Origin: Balanoglossus misakiensis
Lineage: Eukaryota; Animalia; Hemichordata
Length of the DNA: 64,000 bases
Direction of reading: 5' to 3'
NCBI GenBank assembly: GCA_040954595.2
Contig: CM082576.2
Location: forward strand, 1 to 64,000
Both the position numbers and the translations under genes were made by a program. Positions 37,501 through 50,511 of the stretch are shown in pieces. The notes beneath the pieces were generated by a model. That model worked only from the letters and a program-made list of their open reading frames with translations. It searched no databases and was not told the DNA's origin. How positions within the stretch are numbered: the stretch's first letter is position 1; every line of letters begins with the position of its first letter.

Positions 37501-40240
37501 CTTGCTTCATCTGCCATCATGCAAGTAGTTTATTGGGTGACTGGAAGACCATGTCCTTGTCCACTTCTACCATTGGCAACATTCAGATACACAACATCAC
37601 CCTGCACTCTTCGCCATATTCTAACAAACAACAGAAAAAAATTATTCATGATCAATGAACAAAGTGGTGACATATTTTATAAAATTGATTCAATGAGTTA
37701 AGTTTGGATTTGTTCCAACACTATATACACTCTGAAAATGTTGACAGCAAACCTGTATGTGTTCTTTATTCGACATCCAAATATCTTCATCTGCCATCAT
37801 GCAAGTAGTTTATTGGGTGACTGGAAGACCATGTCCATGTCCACTTCTACCATTGGCAACATTCAGATACACAACATCACCCTGCACTCTTCGCCATATT
37901 CTAACAAAACAACAGAAAAAAAATTATTCATGATCAATGAACAAAGTGGTGACATATTTTATAAAATTTATTCAATGAGTTAAGTTTCGATTTGTTCCAA
38001 CACTATATACACTCTTAAAATGTTGACTGCAAACCTGTATGTTTGCTTTATTTGACATCCAATTATCTTCATCTGCCATCATGCAAGTAGTTTATTGGGT
38101 GACTGGGAAACCAAGTCCTTGTCCACTTCTACCAATGGCAACATTCAGATACACAACATCAGCCTGCACTCTTCGCCATATTCTCACAAAACAACAGAAT
38201 TTTTTTTTATTCATGATCAATGAACAAAGTGGTGACATATTTTATAAAATTGATTCAATGAGTTAAGTTTGGATTTGTTCCAACACTATATACACTCTTA
38301 AAATGTTGACTGCAAACCTGTATGTGTTCTTTATTTGACATCCAAATATCTTCATCTGCCATCATGCAAGTAGTTTATTGGGTGACTGGGAAACCAAGTC
38401 CTTGTCCACTTCTACCAATGGCAACATTCAGATACACAACATCACCCTGCACTCTTCGCCATATTCTCACAAAACAACAGAAATTTTTTTATTCATGATC
38501 AATGAACAAAGTGGTGACATATTTTATAAAATTGATTCAATGAGTTAAGTTTGGATTTGTTCCAACACTATATACACTCTTAAAATGTTGACTACAAACC
38601 TGTATGTGTTCTTTATTTGACATCCAAATATCTTCATCTGCCATCATGCAAGTATTTTATTGGGTGACTGGGAAACCAAGTCCTTGTCCACTTCTACCAA
38701 TGGCAACATTCAGATACACAACATCAGCCTGCACTCTTTGCCATATTCTCACAAAACAACGGAAATTTTTTTTATTCATGATCAATGAACAAAGTGGTGA
38801 CATATTTTATAAAATTGATTCAATGAGTTAAGTTTGGATTTGTTCCAACACTATATACACTCTTAAAATGTTGACTGCAAACCTGTATGTGTTCTTTATT
38901 TGACATCCAAATATCTTCATCTGCCATCATGCAAGTAGTTTATTGGGTGACTGGGAAACCAAGTCCTTGTCCACTTCTACCAATGGCAACATTCAGATAC
39001 ACAACATCACCCTGCACTCTTCGCCATATTCTCACAAAACAACAGAAATTTTTTTATTCATGATCAATGAACAAAGTGGTGACATATTTTATAAAATTGA
39101 TTCAATGAGTTAAGTTTGGATTTGTTCCAACACTATATACACTCTTAAAATGTTGACTACAAACCTGTATGTGTTCTTTATTTGACATCCAAATATCTTC
39201 ATCTGCCATCATGCAAGTATTTTATTGGGTGACTGGGAAACCAAGTCCTTGTCCACTTCTACCAATGGCAACATTCAGATACACAACATCAGCCTGCACT
39301 CTTTGCCATATTCTCACAAAACAACGGAAATTTTTTTTATTCATGATCAATGAACAAAGTGGTGACATATTTTATAAAATTGATTCAATGAGTTAAGTTT
39401 GGATTTGTTCCAACACTATATACACTCTTCAAATGTTGACTACAAACCTGTATGTGTTCTTTATTTGACATCCAAATATCTTCATCTGCCATCATGCAAG
39501 TAGTTTATTGGGTCACTGGGAAACCAAGTCCATATCCACTTCTACCAATGGTAACATTCAGATACACAACATCAGCCTGCACTCTTCGCCATGTTCTAAC
39601 AAAACAACAGAAAAAAATTATTCATGATCAATGAACATAGTGGTGACATATTTTATAAAATTGATTCAATGAGTTAAGTTTGGATTTGTTCAAACACTAT
39701 ATACACTCTTAAAATGTTGACTGCAAACCTGTATGTTTTCTTTCTTTGACATCCAAATATCTTCATCTGCCGTCATGCAAGTAGTTTTTTGGGTGACTCT
39801 GAAACCAAGTCCATATCCACTTCTACCAATGGCAACATTCAGATACACAACATCAGCCTGCACTCTTCGCCATATTCTAACAAAACAACGGAAAAAAACA
39901 TGATTCATGATCAATGAAGAAAGTGGTGACATATTTTATAAAATTGATTCAATGTGTTAAGTTTGGATTTGTTCCAATACTATATACACTCTTAAAATGT
40001 TGACTGCAAACCTGTATGTTTTCTTTATTTGATATCCAAATATCTTCATCTGCCATCATGCAAGTAGTTTATTGGGTGACTGGGAAACCAAGTCCTTGTC
40101 CACTTCTACCGTTGACATCATTTAGAAATTAACATCAGTCTTCATGCTTGAACTTGCTTCATCTGCCATCATGCAAGTACTTTATTGGCTGACTGGAAGA
40201 CCAAGTCCTTGTCCACTTCTACTATTGGCATCATTTGGAA
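34546..40240. repeat. AT-rich tandem array, ~283-bp unit, about 19-20 copies; some units carry an extra ~110-bp subunit; 565-bp dimer period around 38.0-39.4 kb
   Basis: Anchor TTAAGTTTGGATTTGTTCCAACACTATATACAC recurs at 34828, 35111, 35393 and onward to 39957. ORF-track repeats at 38039/38604/39169. Confidence 0.95.
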
Positions 40241-40445
40241 TTTTGTCGTCAACCTTCCTGCTTAACTTAATGCAATTATACTTCAATATTGTTAGTTTCT
40301 GTTATATTATAGCACACTAGTAAACAATTACCAAAACATTTGCTAAACTTATCTACCATCACAGTTGGAAAGCTTCTCAACTATTGTAGACATTGGGAGA
40401 ACTTCATGACAAGATAAAATTCGGACAAGGATACAATAGGAATTC

Positions 40446-40608
40446 ACATACACATACATTACATACATGCATACATTACATACATGCATACATTACATAC
40501 ATACATGCATACATTACATACATACATGCATACATTACATACATACACGACATACATACATGCATACATTACATACATACATGCATACATTGCATACACG
40601 CATACACG

Positions 40609-40657
<49 letters not shown>

Positions 40658-40962
40658 ACATACACACATACATACATACACACATACATACATACATACA
40701 TACATACATACATACATACATACATACATACATACATACATACATACATACATACATACATACATACATACATACATACATACATACATACATACATACA
40801 TACATACATACATACATACATACATACATACATACATACATACATACATACATACATACATACATACATACATACATACATACATACATACATACATACA
40901 TACATACATACATACATACATACATACATACATACATACATACATACATACATACATACATA
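40446..40962. repeat. Compound microsatellite (TACA)n/(CA)n
   Basis: Directly visible. Confidence 0.98.
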
Positions 40963-41436
40963 GAGAACAATTCTGTACCCTAAAATTTGAAATAAATAAT
41001 TTTCTTGGCCTTCACTTTCAGGTTTTGGAAAATACAGCTAATTTAAATTGAATTAGAATACATTACTTAATTTCATCTGTATACCTCTAATTGGCTCATT
41101 ATGAAAAATAGAAATAGTCACAAGAATACAAGTTTCTCATAGCCTGCTTATACCACTCCAGCCAAAGTATTAGTTGTTATAGTTAGTTAATGGTGTGTTA
41201 GTACGTTAATATTGAAGTTAGAAAAATTGGCTGAAATGGCACAAACAGTTTTCTAGATTGAATCAATTTGCTTTGACTGAACAATTCACTAAACAAAATT
41301 TCCTCAATTCATACATGTAATTCTTAGAATTACTAAATCATATGGACATTTAGGCTACAGTTTAATAAGCATAGTTGAGTTAAATGGTTACAGACTTGTT
41401 TTCTCTGATATTTCATTTGACACACATTAAACGCAC

Positions 41437-41611
41437 ATGTATGTATGTATGTATGTATGTATGTATGTATGTATGTATGTATGTATGTATGTATGTATGT
41501 ATGTATGTATGTATGTATGTATGTATGTATGTATGTATGTATGTATGTATGTATGTATGTATGTATGTATGTATGTATGTATGTATGTATGTATGTATGT
41601 ATGTATGTATG

Positions 41612-41640
<29 letters not shown>
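41437..41640. repeat. (TATG)n microsatellite
   Basis: Directly visible. Confidence 0.98.
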
Positions 41641-41642
<2 letters not shown>

Positions 41643-41780
41643 TTTCCTCAATTCATACATGTAATTCTTAGAATTACTAAATCATATGGACATTTAGGCT
41701 ACAGTTTAATAAGCATAGTTGAGTTAAATGGTTACAGACTTGTTTTCTCTGATATTTCATTTGACACACATTAAACGCAC

Positions 41781-42236
41781 ATGTATGTATGTATGTATGT
41801 ATGTATGTATGTATGTATGTATGTATGTATGTATGTATGTATGTATGTATGTATGTATGTATGTATGTATGTATGTATGTATGTATGTATGTATGTATGT
41901 ATGTATGTATGTATGTATGTATGTATGTATGTATGTATGTATGTATGTATGTATGTATGTATGTATGTATGTATGTATGTATGTATGTATGTATGTATGT
42001 ATGTATGTATGTATGTATGTATGCATGCATGCATGCATGCATGCATGCATGCATGCATGCATGCATGCATGCATGCATGCATGCATGCATGCATGCATGC
42101 ATGCATGCATGTATGCATGCATGCATGCATGCATGCATGTATGTATGTATGTATGTATGTATGTATGTATGTATGTATGTATGTATGTATGTATGTATGT
42201 ATGTATGTATGTATGTATGTATGTATGTACATGTAT
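41781..42236. repeat. Compound microsatellite (TATG)n-(CATG)n-(TATG)n
   Basis: Directly visible; the central block at about 42021-42138 is self-complementary (ATGC)n. Confidence 0.98.
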
Positions 42237-43084
42237 GTGTATGAGAATTCATACTGTGTCCTAATCTGAATCCTTCTTGTCATGAAGTTTTCCCAATGGC
42301 TGCAACAATTGTGAGCTCCTCAACTGTAATAATAGTAGACAAGTGTGCTAATTAACATAATTGAAATTCTGCACAAGTTACCAGTGTGATCAAGGGAACG
42401 CATACGGAAAGTCAATGTCAATGCCATAATCTTCACTGGATCAACAGATTAAGGAGCAAAATTCACTCATTTTGGACCGTTTAGAGATTGATTTTGTATG
42501 ACAGGAAATGATGGTTACAAATCAACATCAATTTTTAACACAAAGATAACACGAGTAATCAATGTATACTTGAAATCGTTGAAAGGTCAAAAAGCGATTT
42601 TGTCGCTTTAAGAGAAAACTGGACAGAACGCAATCCCTTCATTCTCATTATAAACTCTTCAAATGCTGACTAAAAACCTGTGTCTTCTCTTCATTTGGCA
42701 TCCAGATATCTTCATCTGCGATCATGGACCCTACATGGTCTATGATAAAACACACTCAAATTGAATACGAATCTATAAAAACATGCATTAGTAGAATTGA
42801 AGAGTGAAGTTCTTCACTGCAATGCCATGGAAACTTAAATGCGTGCAGTCGCGAATAAACATGTGTGATTGACATCGTGAAATGCAACACACCAGCTCGG
42901 CTACATTCATGCACAATCTGGCAAACAGACAAACACGCGTACGCATAAAAATGGTTGCGGTTTCATGACTTTGATAAACATTACACAATTTGTTTGAACA
43001 TGAAGGTTTGCAGCCAAGAATCATGCTACTAATGCGACAAATAATCGTAGAATGGAAATTGTACAGAAATAACGATGCAATTAG

Positions 43085-43182
43085 TGAAATATACGAACGC
43101 GAAAAATGAATCGCGTAACAGTCGCCTCTTTTGATATCGCGAAAATTTCCTGTCGCGAAAAAAATCCTGAGTGTTTACAGTA
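43085..43182. mobile_element. Probable right end of a Tc1/mariner-like MITE
   Basis: Repeated CGCGAAAA motifs ending in TTTACAG|TA. No matching left end found. Confidence 0.4.
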
Positions 43183-43329
43183 TATACGGCAAAATTCTGT
43201 GTTAAATAGTTGACCAAGTTTAACGTACAACAAAAAAGTATTATCGTACTTAAAGTACGAATATTAAACAGCACCCTCTATCGGTTGGATATTTAGAACT
43301 ATATATGCAATATTATAGTATGAACAGCA

Positions 43330-43905
43330 TTGTGTGGTTTTACAGGAAAACAGGTGTGGGGACCCCCGTTTTTAAATGCATGTTACAGAACCTCCCTTTT
43401 TGATTACATATCACTTGTTATTAAAATTTAGATATTATATGGCATCTTTGAACTACAAAATGATCTTTTTGAAAATAATTACGGTGACGAAATTGTGAAG
43501 TTAGGAAGATATTTTTTTCATGCAGCTTTTCATGAACGTTTTTTGATAACAGATAGAAAGCACAGAGTAGATAAAACAAAATGATTTGCTTGTTGTGTGA
43601 CAGTAACGAAAATGAAGATGAACATCATTTCCTATTGTGTTGTACTTTGTTCCAGTCACAGACTAAAATATATTCTTACGATGTATTTTAACCCACCGAC
43701 TAACAGAAAGATTTTTTCCTTATGAATTCAAACGATGGTACCTTTCTACAGTGTTCAGCAGCATTGCTTTTTTCATGCTATCATGGGAGTGGGAAAAGAC
43801 ATGATTTTCAATTATGAAATAAGTTAAGTATTCTCGTCAGTTTTAATTTTGAAAGAAAATGTAAAGAATTGTGGGCCAGAGGCCTTGAAATACGGAAATA
43901 AATTA
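43330..43905 (+). mobile_element. Degenerate 3' end of a non-LTR retrotransposon (ORF2 C-terminal CCHC-type motif; RTE-X/L2-CR1-like, clade uncertain)
   Basis: 43584-43652 translates ICLLCDSNENEDEHHFLLCCTLF, followed by frameshifted RLKYI...P...LMNS remnants and AATAAA near 43897. The left boundary is approximate. Confidence 0.65.
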
Positions 43906-46900
43906 TCCAATTGGTCCGAAATTAAGGGATTGATTGAGGGTGCATAAATATGAGCCAACACACAATGTGTCGAGAGAAATTTGTTGTGTCCAGAGTATTA
44001 AAATATCAATTTACTCAATGTGTGAACGTGTTAGCAAAATATTGTTGGCAACGTACTTTTTTTATGAAACGTGAAAGAGCCTGTGCTAAACTAGGTCAAT
44101 CTCCTGACAAATATTGAACACGTGAATTGAAGTACTTCTAAAGTATCGGTGTTTAAATTAAGTTCCATTACGTTACAAGTTGTACTCCGTGAAAAAGAGA
44201 CGATCGATTGCCGCTACATTTTACCCGCAATAATACAGAGTAATATCGGGAGATGACAGAAATATTGTTACCCGAAACTATTACCCGCGCAGAGTACAGA
44301 CTATTGTATAACAATGCGATATTACTCGCAATATATACTGCTGAGCAATACCAAGTTTGATCAGAATGAAATGACAATGACCACTAAAATAAACGGACTA
44401 TGTAACTATAACAAAACTCGCAATTATATAGAGTAATACAACATGACAATAAATACGATTGATATCAATAACACAAAAGTCAGAGTGTGTCACACTGATA
44501 ATAGAACCCACAGAATACAGAGTAATATCATGTGAGACCTAATATTATTGACAAGCAAATGTTCATGTTTTGAAACCAAACACTAGCAAAACCTCGAAAT
44601 TAAAGGCGGAATTTGTTACACGCAAAAATGCAGTAATACACGGGCCAGAAAATTTGCACAAAAATTCGGCACAGAAAAACTTCATTGAAATTTCCCCTAA
44701 CATTATTTCTTGAACTTACCCCCAGCATTCCGTACGTGCTTCAATAAATATTGCAAGTATCATCGCGACAACTGGAGATTCGCTCCTAGTTTTCTCTCGA
44801 CTACCACAAGTTCCCTTCTCCCACCAGGAAAAAAAACTAATGCACAGACGATTTTTTGTGCACGTGTTGGAAACCGAAAGCACTTGAGCGTCCGCACAAC
44901 TTTTCCATCACATTTCCCCTCACTAGGGTCGAAAAGTCGCAGCGCCAATTGAAATAAATAACAGCTACTTAACTGGTAGATACTCTGTTCTTCATCTTGG
45001 GTTCCGGGCTGAAGATAATCCATTAGCTTTTCAGACAAAATCACGTAGCTCTGCGGGCTGTTGCTCCCTTGAAAGTCCCGGTTGTTCTGCGTTAGTTGCG
45101 TTTGAAAGCATGGATGACGTGGATGACGCACAGGTGCGTGGCATAAGACGCCGTTTAGCGAGGGTCCACTGCAAACGCCACACCTGTGCAACGGAAGCCA
45201 CCAGCAAGAATAATAAATCAAACACACCTGGTCAAAAAGAACAGTTCACTGTTCGTATCAAACAAAATTGACATGGGTTATAGCTTATACACGCTCAAAA
45301 ATTCCTGTCTTTATGAATTTTGGCCATTTTCATGTCATACACATGGACTGACAGTCGACCTGAAACTGGATCTGTGTCTAATAGAATGTTAAATTGATAA
45401 AATTACAATTTCCAAATCAGTTTCTCACTCGAGTTGCCCCGAAAATGTTAAACTTGTGAAATTAATAATTTCTGAGACAAGTCTCACCTAAACACCGTGG
45501 CTACCAAACCTTTCAGATTCTTGAGTACCAAAGTATGGTTAATATCATCAAAATCGTGCTACCTGTGACTTCTCAAGATATGCCAATTTGCTGATAACTA
45601 AAGAAACAATTGGCACTAAATTTCGTTGTATATTTGATAATCACTGACATATGATATCAAGTTAAATATTTTAACATTTTGCAGTCATACATATGGATAA
45701 ACAGGTGAAACAACACATACATACTTTTGACATTAGCTTTTCAAAGTGTCTTTTGCACATGAGTTGCAAGAAACTACTGTTATACAGTGAAGAACACAAA
45801 CAATAAATTTCATTACAACTTTTTTTACTACTAATAATATATTTTTCTTGAGAAAATATTCTGTGTCATATTGAATTAAAAGGTAAGGAAATACACTGAA
45901 ATAACAAGATTATTTAGTAAGCTACCAAAATTTCTACAGAGCATTAATTGATTTCTATGCACAAAGAAAGACACTTGTAATTAGGTTCGATAAAATACAG
46001 TTTAAATTATTGCCTCATGATCTAATGAAGGCATTAGTTACAAAATTGAACATACCTTGACCCTGCAATACTTATTTTTGTTCCTGTAAGGAAAAGTTAA
46101 CTACAATAAATTCTTAGGAACACTTAGGGAAAAATTAATTCGATATTGGTTCATCTTTGTAACTGTGTACAATTCTACCAACATTGATTTCATAAAAATG
46201 GTTACCAAAATAATGGTAAATAATAAAAGTAGCGTTGAAGTCCTCTTAATTATTCTAGATTTTCTTTCACAATAATATGAACAACATTATTAAACAAAAA
46301 AACTAAAGCTTTAAGATACAGAATAAGAAAATTTGAAACTAAATAGAGCACAATGATCATAAACTCACTGCATGTTGTTAATAATATAATGATTGCACAA
46401 AACAGAACACTATTAGTTAAAAAAAGCAAGTATTGGTAATACAATTTCTTCCTAATGAATTACTTTATATACTGTTGTACATTACTTCATCAAAGATGCA
46501 GCCTTGGTAGGCTATTGTCAGTATTATTGTTTTATTATACATGATACTGAATAAACCTTAATTTACATGTAAAAATTACATTTTTATTCCATTCTTTGCA
46601 TTTGGTCAACAAAATCTGAAAATTGAGTACTGTTTACTTGTTAATTAGCTTAAATCTACAAAATATTGTGATAACTGCTTCAAAAAATGTTCATGGTGAC
46701 CAATGAGTCCAATGAATTAATCAGTACTTGCATCACCAAATCAAAATACCCTGGTTCTACTACTTCCAGGAAACAAAACGTAAAATGTAAACAAAACAAA
46801 ATTAAAAACATGAAAACACTAATTAATATGAAGAAAAATCAGGTTTACTTGAAATATTCATTTGCACTTTTATTTACATGAATTTTTTGTATATAAAATG

Positions 46901-47258
46901 AAATAAGTTTTTCAAAGTAATGTACAATATGGAATGTAAATGACACATATTTGAATGTCGTAACGGGCATTCACAATAAGTAACTCATCTTGCATGAATG
47001 TGTATCATGGAAATAACTTCAGATAATAACCTATTTTTCAGTCCCTTCTGCCTTAGTTGTCTTTTAGATCTTCATTACTTATACTTTTCCAAAGTTTCTT
47101 TAATCATGTTGATATTCTTCAGGACGGTATTCTTTTTCATCAGCTCAGTGATTCATTCTTGACCTGCTGTTACTTTAAGAGTTGTGTCTTTGATTAACGA
47201 TGTCTACAAAATGATGTAAAATAAAGTTCAATTAATGTTTGAAAATTGGTATGCATTA

Positions 47259-47336
<78 letters not shown>
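47259..47336. repeat. (GATA)n microsatellite
   Basis: Directly visible. Confidence 0.97.
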
Positions 47337-48454
47337 CAAACTTTTTGTTGGGGTGAATTGGGAGCTCAGCTGTGACTCTACCGCTGTTGTGATTATCAGT
47401 TAAGACTCTCTGTTCGAGGGACACCAGTATATTTGTGCCAGTTGCTATGGGCCTTTGTAGGACAGTACACCCAGTTTTGAATGAAATCGCTATGAACGTC
47501 GGATCAGGGGCTTGTAACTAGTTGAAAGTACACACGATTATGTGCACACCCTGCCCAAGTATGACTATGCCAGTTAAAACTTGACCATAGGGAAACTTGT
47601 CCACCACACTTGTACAGACGAAGCATTTCACTGTGTGTCTTGTAAACACAGACACTGGATTTTGTTAAATGTGATTTTTTATTGTACAGAAAAATCCCTG
47701 AAGCTTTTATCGCATGCCATGCAGGTGATTCAAATTTGACCTGTTGACAGAGAGCACATTTCCGCATAGTGTGAAGGATCGTTGTATTGGTTATCATCGC
47801 GCTAAGAAGCCATACCAGTGGTTTGTCCAAAAACACCCAAAATTGATGATTTTTTCAGCGTTGGTACATGTATGGTTAAATCCACAAATGGGGCAACCAT
47901 ACATGTATATGAAAACAAAATCCTTCATGGTCTTCCTTTAATGGTTCATGCAACCAATGAATATGTATCGAGTTCGGCTTTGAGGTCACAGACTGAATTT
48001 TTACAGAGCTGAAGTGCATATCAATGTCATCAGGGGGTGCTTGCTCACAATCATAGCAATGGGCAAAAACCTACGGGTGCCCCAAGCATACATATAGTTC
48101 AGTGGCACAAGTGGCAGTAAAGGTGGAATGTGGTAATTGTTCCCTTTTCTGGCTGGTGAATTAAAACAATAATCTTAACCATGTCTGGGCTTTGGAAGAA
48201 TACATGCATGAATGGACACAAAGGTAAGCAAAGTTCAATCTACATGTGTAAGTCTGACAGCAGTTGTAAACAAAAATTTATTTTGTCCCACCTATTGAAT
48301 TCTGGAGTCTGCAGTGACGATGTCTGACTCCAAGCTCTGTTTCTCTGCTGCAAGTTGATCTTGCAGTTCTAGGGTATCTTCTTTGGCTGATACTAACTGT
48401 TGACTTATCTGAGAGAAGTCAGAGGACAATTGATCCAAAGTGTTTTCAAGTTCA

Positions 48455-49853
48455 AATATAGCTGCAAGCAGCAATAGCGGGCCCAAGCCAACATAGCACA
48501 TAGCAACATAGCAATAAGCATATCTGCACTTGATACCAAGATATGGTAAAGTAGGTCAAAGGTCAACTGAGGTCATGTTATATTTAGGCAAGACATTTTT
48601 ACCCTATACTGGTCCACGTTCAACAAAAACAAACCTATAGCACTATTGGTTAGCCTGGAATTAGGTATGCACATAATTAATGAGGGAGGCAGGTGTCACA
48701 GGTGACCCCCAATTTTGGCTGTTCAATTTTAGTCCAACCCTCCAAACCCCAAGTCTGTACCTGCTCTGGATGTCAAGATCTGGTAAAGTAGGTCAAAGGT
48801 CACCTGAGGTCATGCAAAATTTGGGCAAGAAATTTTGACCCTATACTGGTCCATGTTAAGCAAAAACTAAACCTATAGCCCTATTGGTTAGCCTGGAATT
48901 AGGTATGCACATAATTAATAAGGTAGGCAGGTGTCACAGGTGACCCCCAATTTTGGCTTTTCAATTTTAGTCCCAACCCTCCAAACACCAAGTCTGTACT
49001 TGCTCCGGATGCCAAGATCTGGTAAAGTAGGTCAAAGGTCACCTGAGGTCATGCAAAATTTTGGCAAGAAATGTTGACCCTATACTGGTCCATATCCAAC
49101 AAGAACGAAACCTCTAGCCCTCTTAGTTAGCCCAGAATTAGGTATGCACATAATTAATGAGTTAAGCAGGTGTTACAGGTGAGCCCAAAATTTTGCCTGT
49201 TATTTTGGTCCCATTGTGCTCACTGCCCAATACACAGTCACTGTACAGGACCGTTGCACAGACCAGAATTCCACACTAAGACGTGTAGTGTTCATAGCTT
49301 AACTATAGAGGTATAAGTAAAAAGGTATAAATTTAATTTAAAAAATTAATATAAAAAAATCGGTCGATTTTTCATATTATTTTTTTTCGCTTAAAATGAT
49401 TGACAAATGCTAGGCTAGCTGCACACCAAAGTTTGAGATGATCAGCCTAACAGATTTTGAGATATGTATGCATATTTATCCAAAATAATATGTGGTCATA
49501 GCTTTACTATGTAAAGTATAGGCCGATGGCTTGGGCGAAAAATATGAAAAATAATACTTAAAAATCTTCTCCTCAAAATTGACATGGCCTATGGCCTTGA
49601 CATTTGGCATGTAGAACCCTGGCCATATGGTCCATAAAGTATCTGAACAGAATTTTGATATCTCAATTCATATGCAAATTAGGGCGATTTGAAAATTTTG
49701 CCCATATATGGTCATCAGGTCACGTGACTAATTAAACATTCACGAGGGTACTGCACCAGCTCTCATTGGCCTGCACCATTGTGCTAAGTTTGAAATTGGT
49801 AGGTTCAGCCGTTCTCCAGATCTAGCTGGACAAAAAAACGACACAAGAAGAAG

Positions 49854-49885
<32 letters not shown>

Positions 49886-49940
49886 GAAGAAAAATCCCAG
49901 TAATACCAATAGGGCCCAAGCCTGCTGGGCTTGGGCCCTA
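48455..49940 (-). mobile_element. Non-autonomous Helentron-associated element (HINE/DINE-1-like) with 3 x ~238-bp internal repeats
   Basis: 5' hairpin TAGGGCCCAAGCC-5 nt-GGCTTGGGCCCTA (49910-49940); (CTT)n microsatellite at 49845-49890; tandem repeats with anchors at 48551, 48788 and 49027; 3' subTIR at 48479-48489; short palindrome GCTGCTTGCAGC at 48461-48472; inserted at a TT with no TSD. Confidence 0.85.
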
Positions 49941-50117
49941 ATGATGCGTGCCTGAAATAAATAGAATTACATAACATAAGGATTACATCATACATCAAGG
50001 TGACAAAAAAATTTTAAGGGTGACTTGCTTTTACATGCATAATTTTGCTCAAGGCATTTCACAATTATTACTCCTGGTCTATAGATACACTGTATAATAA
50101 AATAACATTCAACAACC

Positions 50118-50340
50118 TCAGGTGCAAACAAAAGAGCTCACTTTTGCAGTCATAATCAATGCAGCAGAACTAAAACACACACAATTACAATCTCTCTCCA
50201 ACCAGGTACCATTACTGGAAGTCTTCAATGGGGAAAAGTGCTTTGCATAAGGAGAAAAATACCACAGCCATGCCGGTACTTGGACCCACAATCGTTTGAC
50301 CATGAGTCCACTGGTCTAGCCACTGGACTATGATACCTCC
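50118..50340 (-). mobile_element. Degenerate tRNA-derived SINE
   Basis: A-box-like TAGTCCAGTGG (50330-50320) and B-box-like GGTCCAAGTACC, followed by a TCCTTATGCAAAGCACTTT...GTAATGGTACCTGG core resembling conserved SINE central domains. Confidence 0.5.
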
Positions 50341-50383
50341 CGGCAAAGACATACAATGTCTAAGTGGTCAAGACATACCTGTA

Positions 50384-50511
50384 TAGTCCTAGGACTGTCC
50401 CTGTACTGGAGCTGCGAATAATAGTATTTTAGACATAGCTGCGAATAATAGTATATCCGACATACCGTAGTTCTAGGACTGTCCCTGTACTGGAGCTGCG
50501 AATAATAGTAT
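50384..50511. repeat. Short local tandem duplication (CTAGGACTGTCCCTGTACTGGAGCTGCGAATAATAGTAT x2 plus a partial copy)
   Basis: Directly visible. Confidence 0.85.

Larger units (their letters stand above)
40955..42727 (+). repeat. Diverged duplicate (copy 2) of 33523-34373, with an internal 344-bp tandem duplication and microsatellite insertions
   Basis: Shares the collinear words listed for copy 1. AATTTCCTCAATTCATACATG...AAACGCACATG(TATG)n occurs at 41297 and again at 41641. Confidence 0.85.

Noticed and set aside
34887-42283. Repeated 60-196 aa ORFs (MCSLFDIQISS..., YIHT/MYVC repeats)
   Set aside because: These are translations of the 283-bp array and of microsatellites; frames break at poly-A tracts between copies.
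44720-45229. Possible - strand exon (acceptor near 45230, GTAAG donor near 44719; 155-aa ORF)
   Set aside because: No frame stays open between the two splice-like sites and there is no recognisable protein motif.
47504-48070. Cys/aromatic-rich coding-like stretch on the - strand downstream of the disrupted exon
   Set aside because: Stops in all frames and no family recognised. It may belong to the same pseudogene but this cannot be supported without a search.
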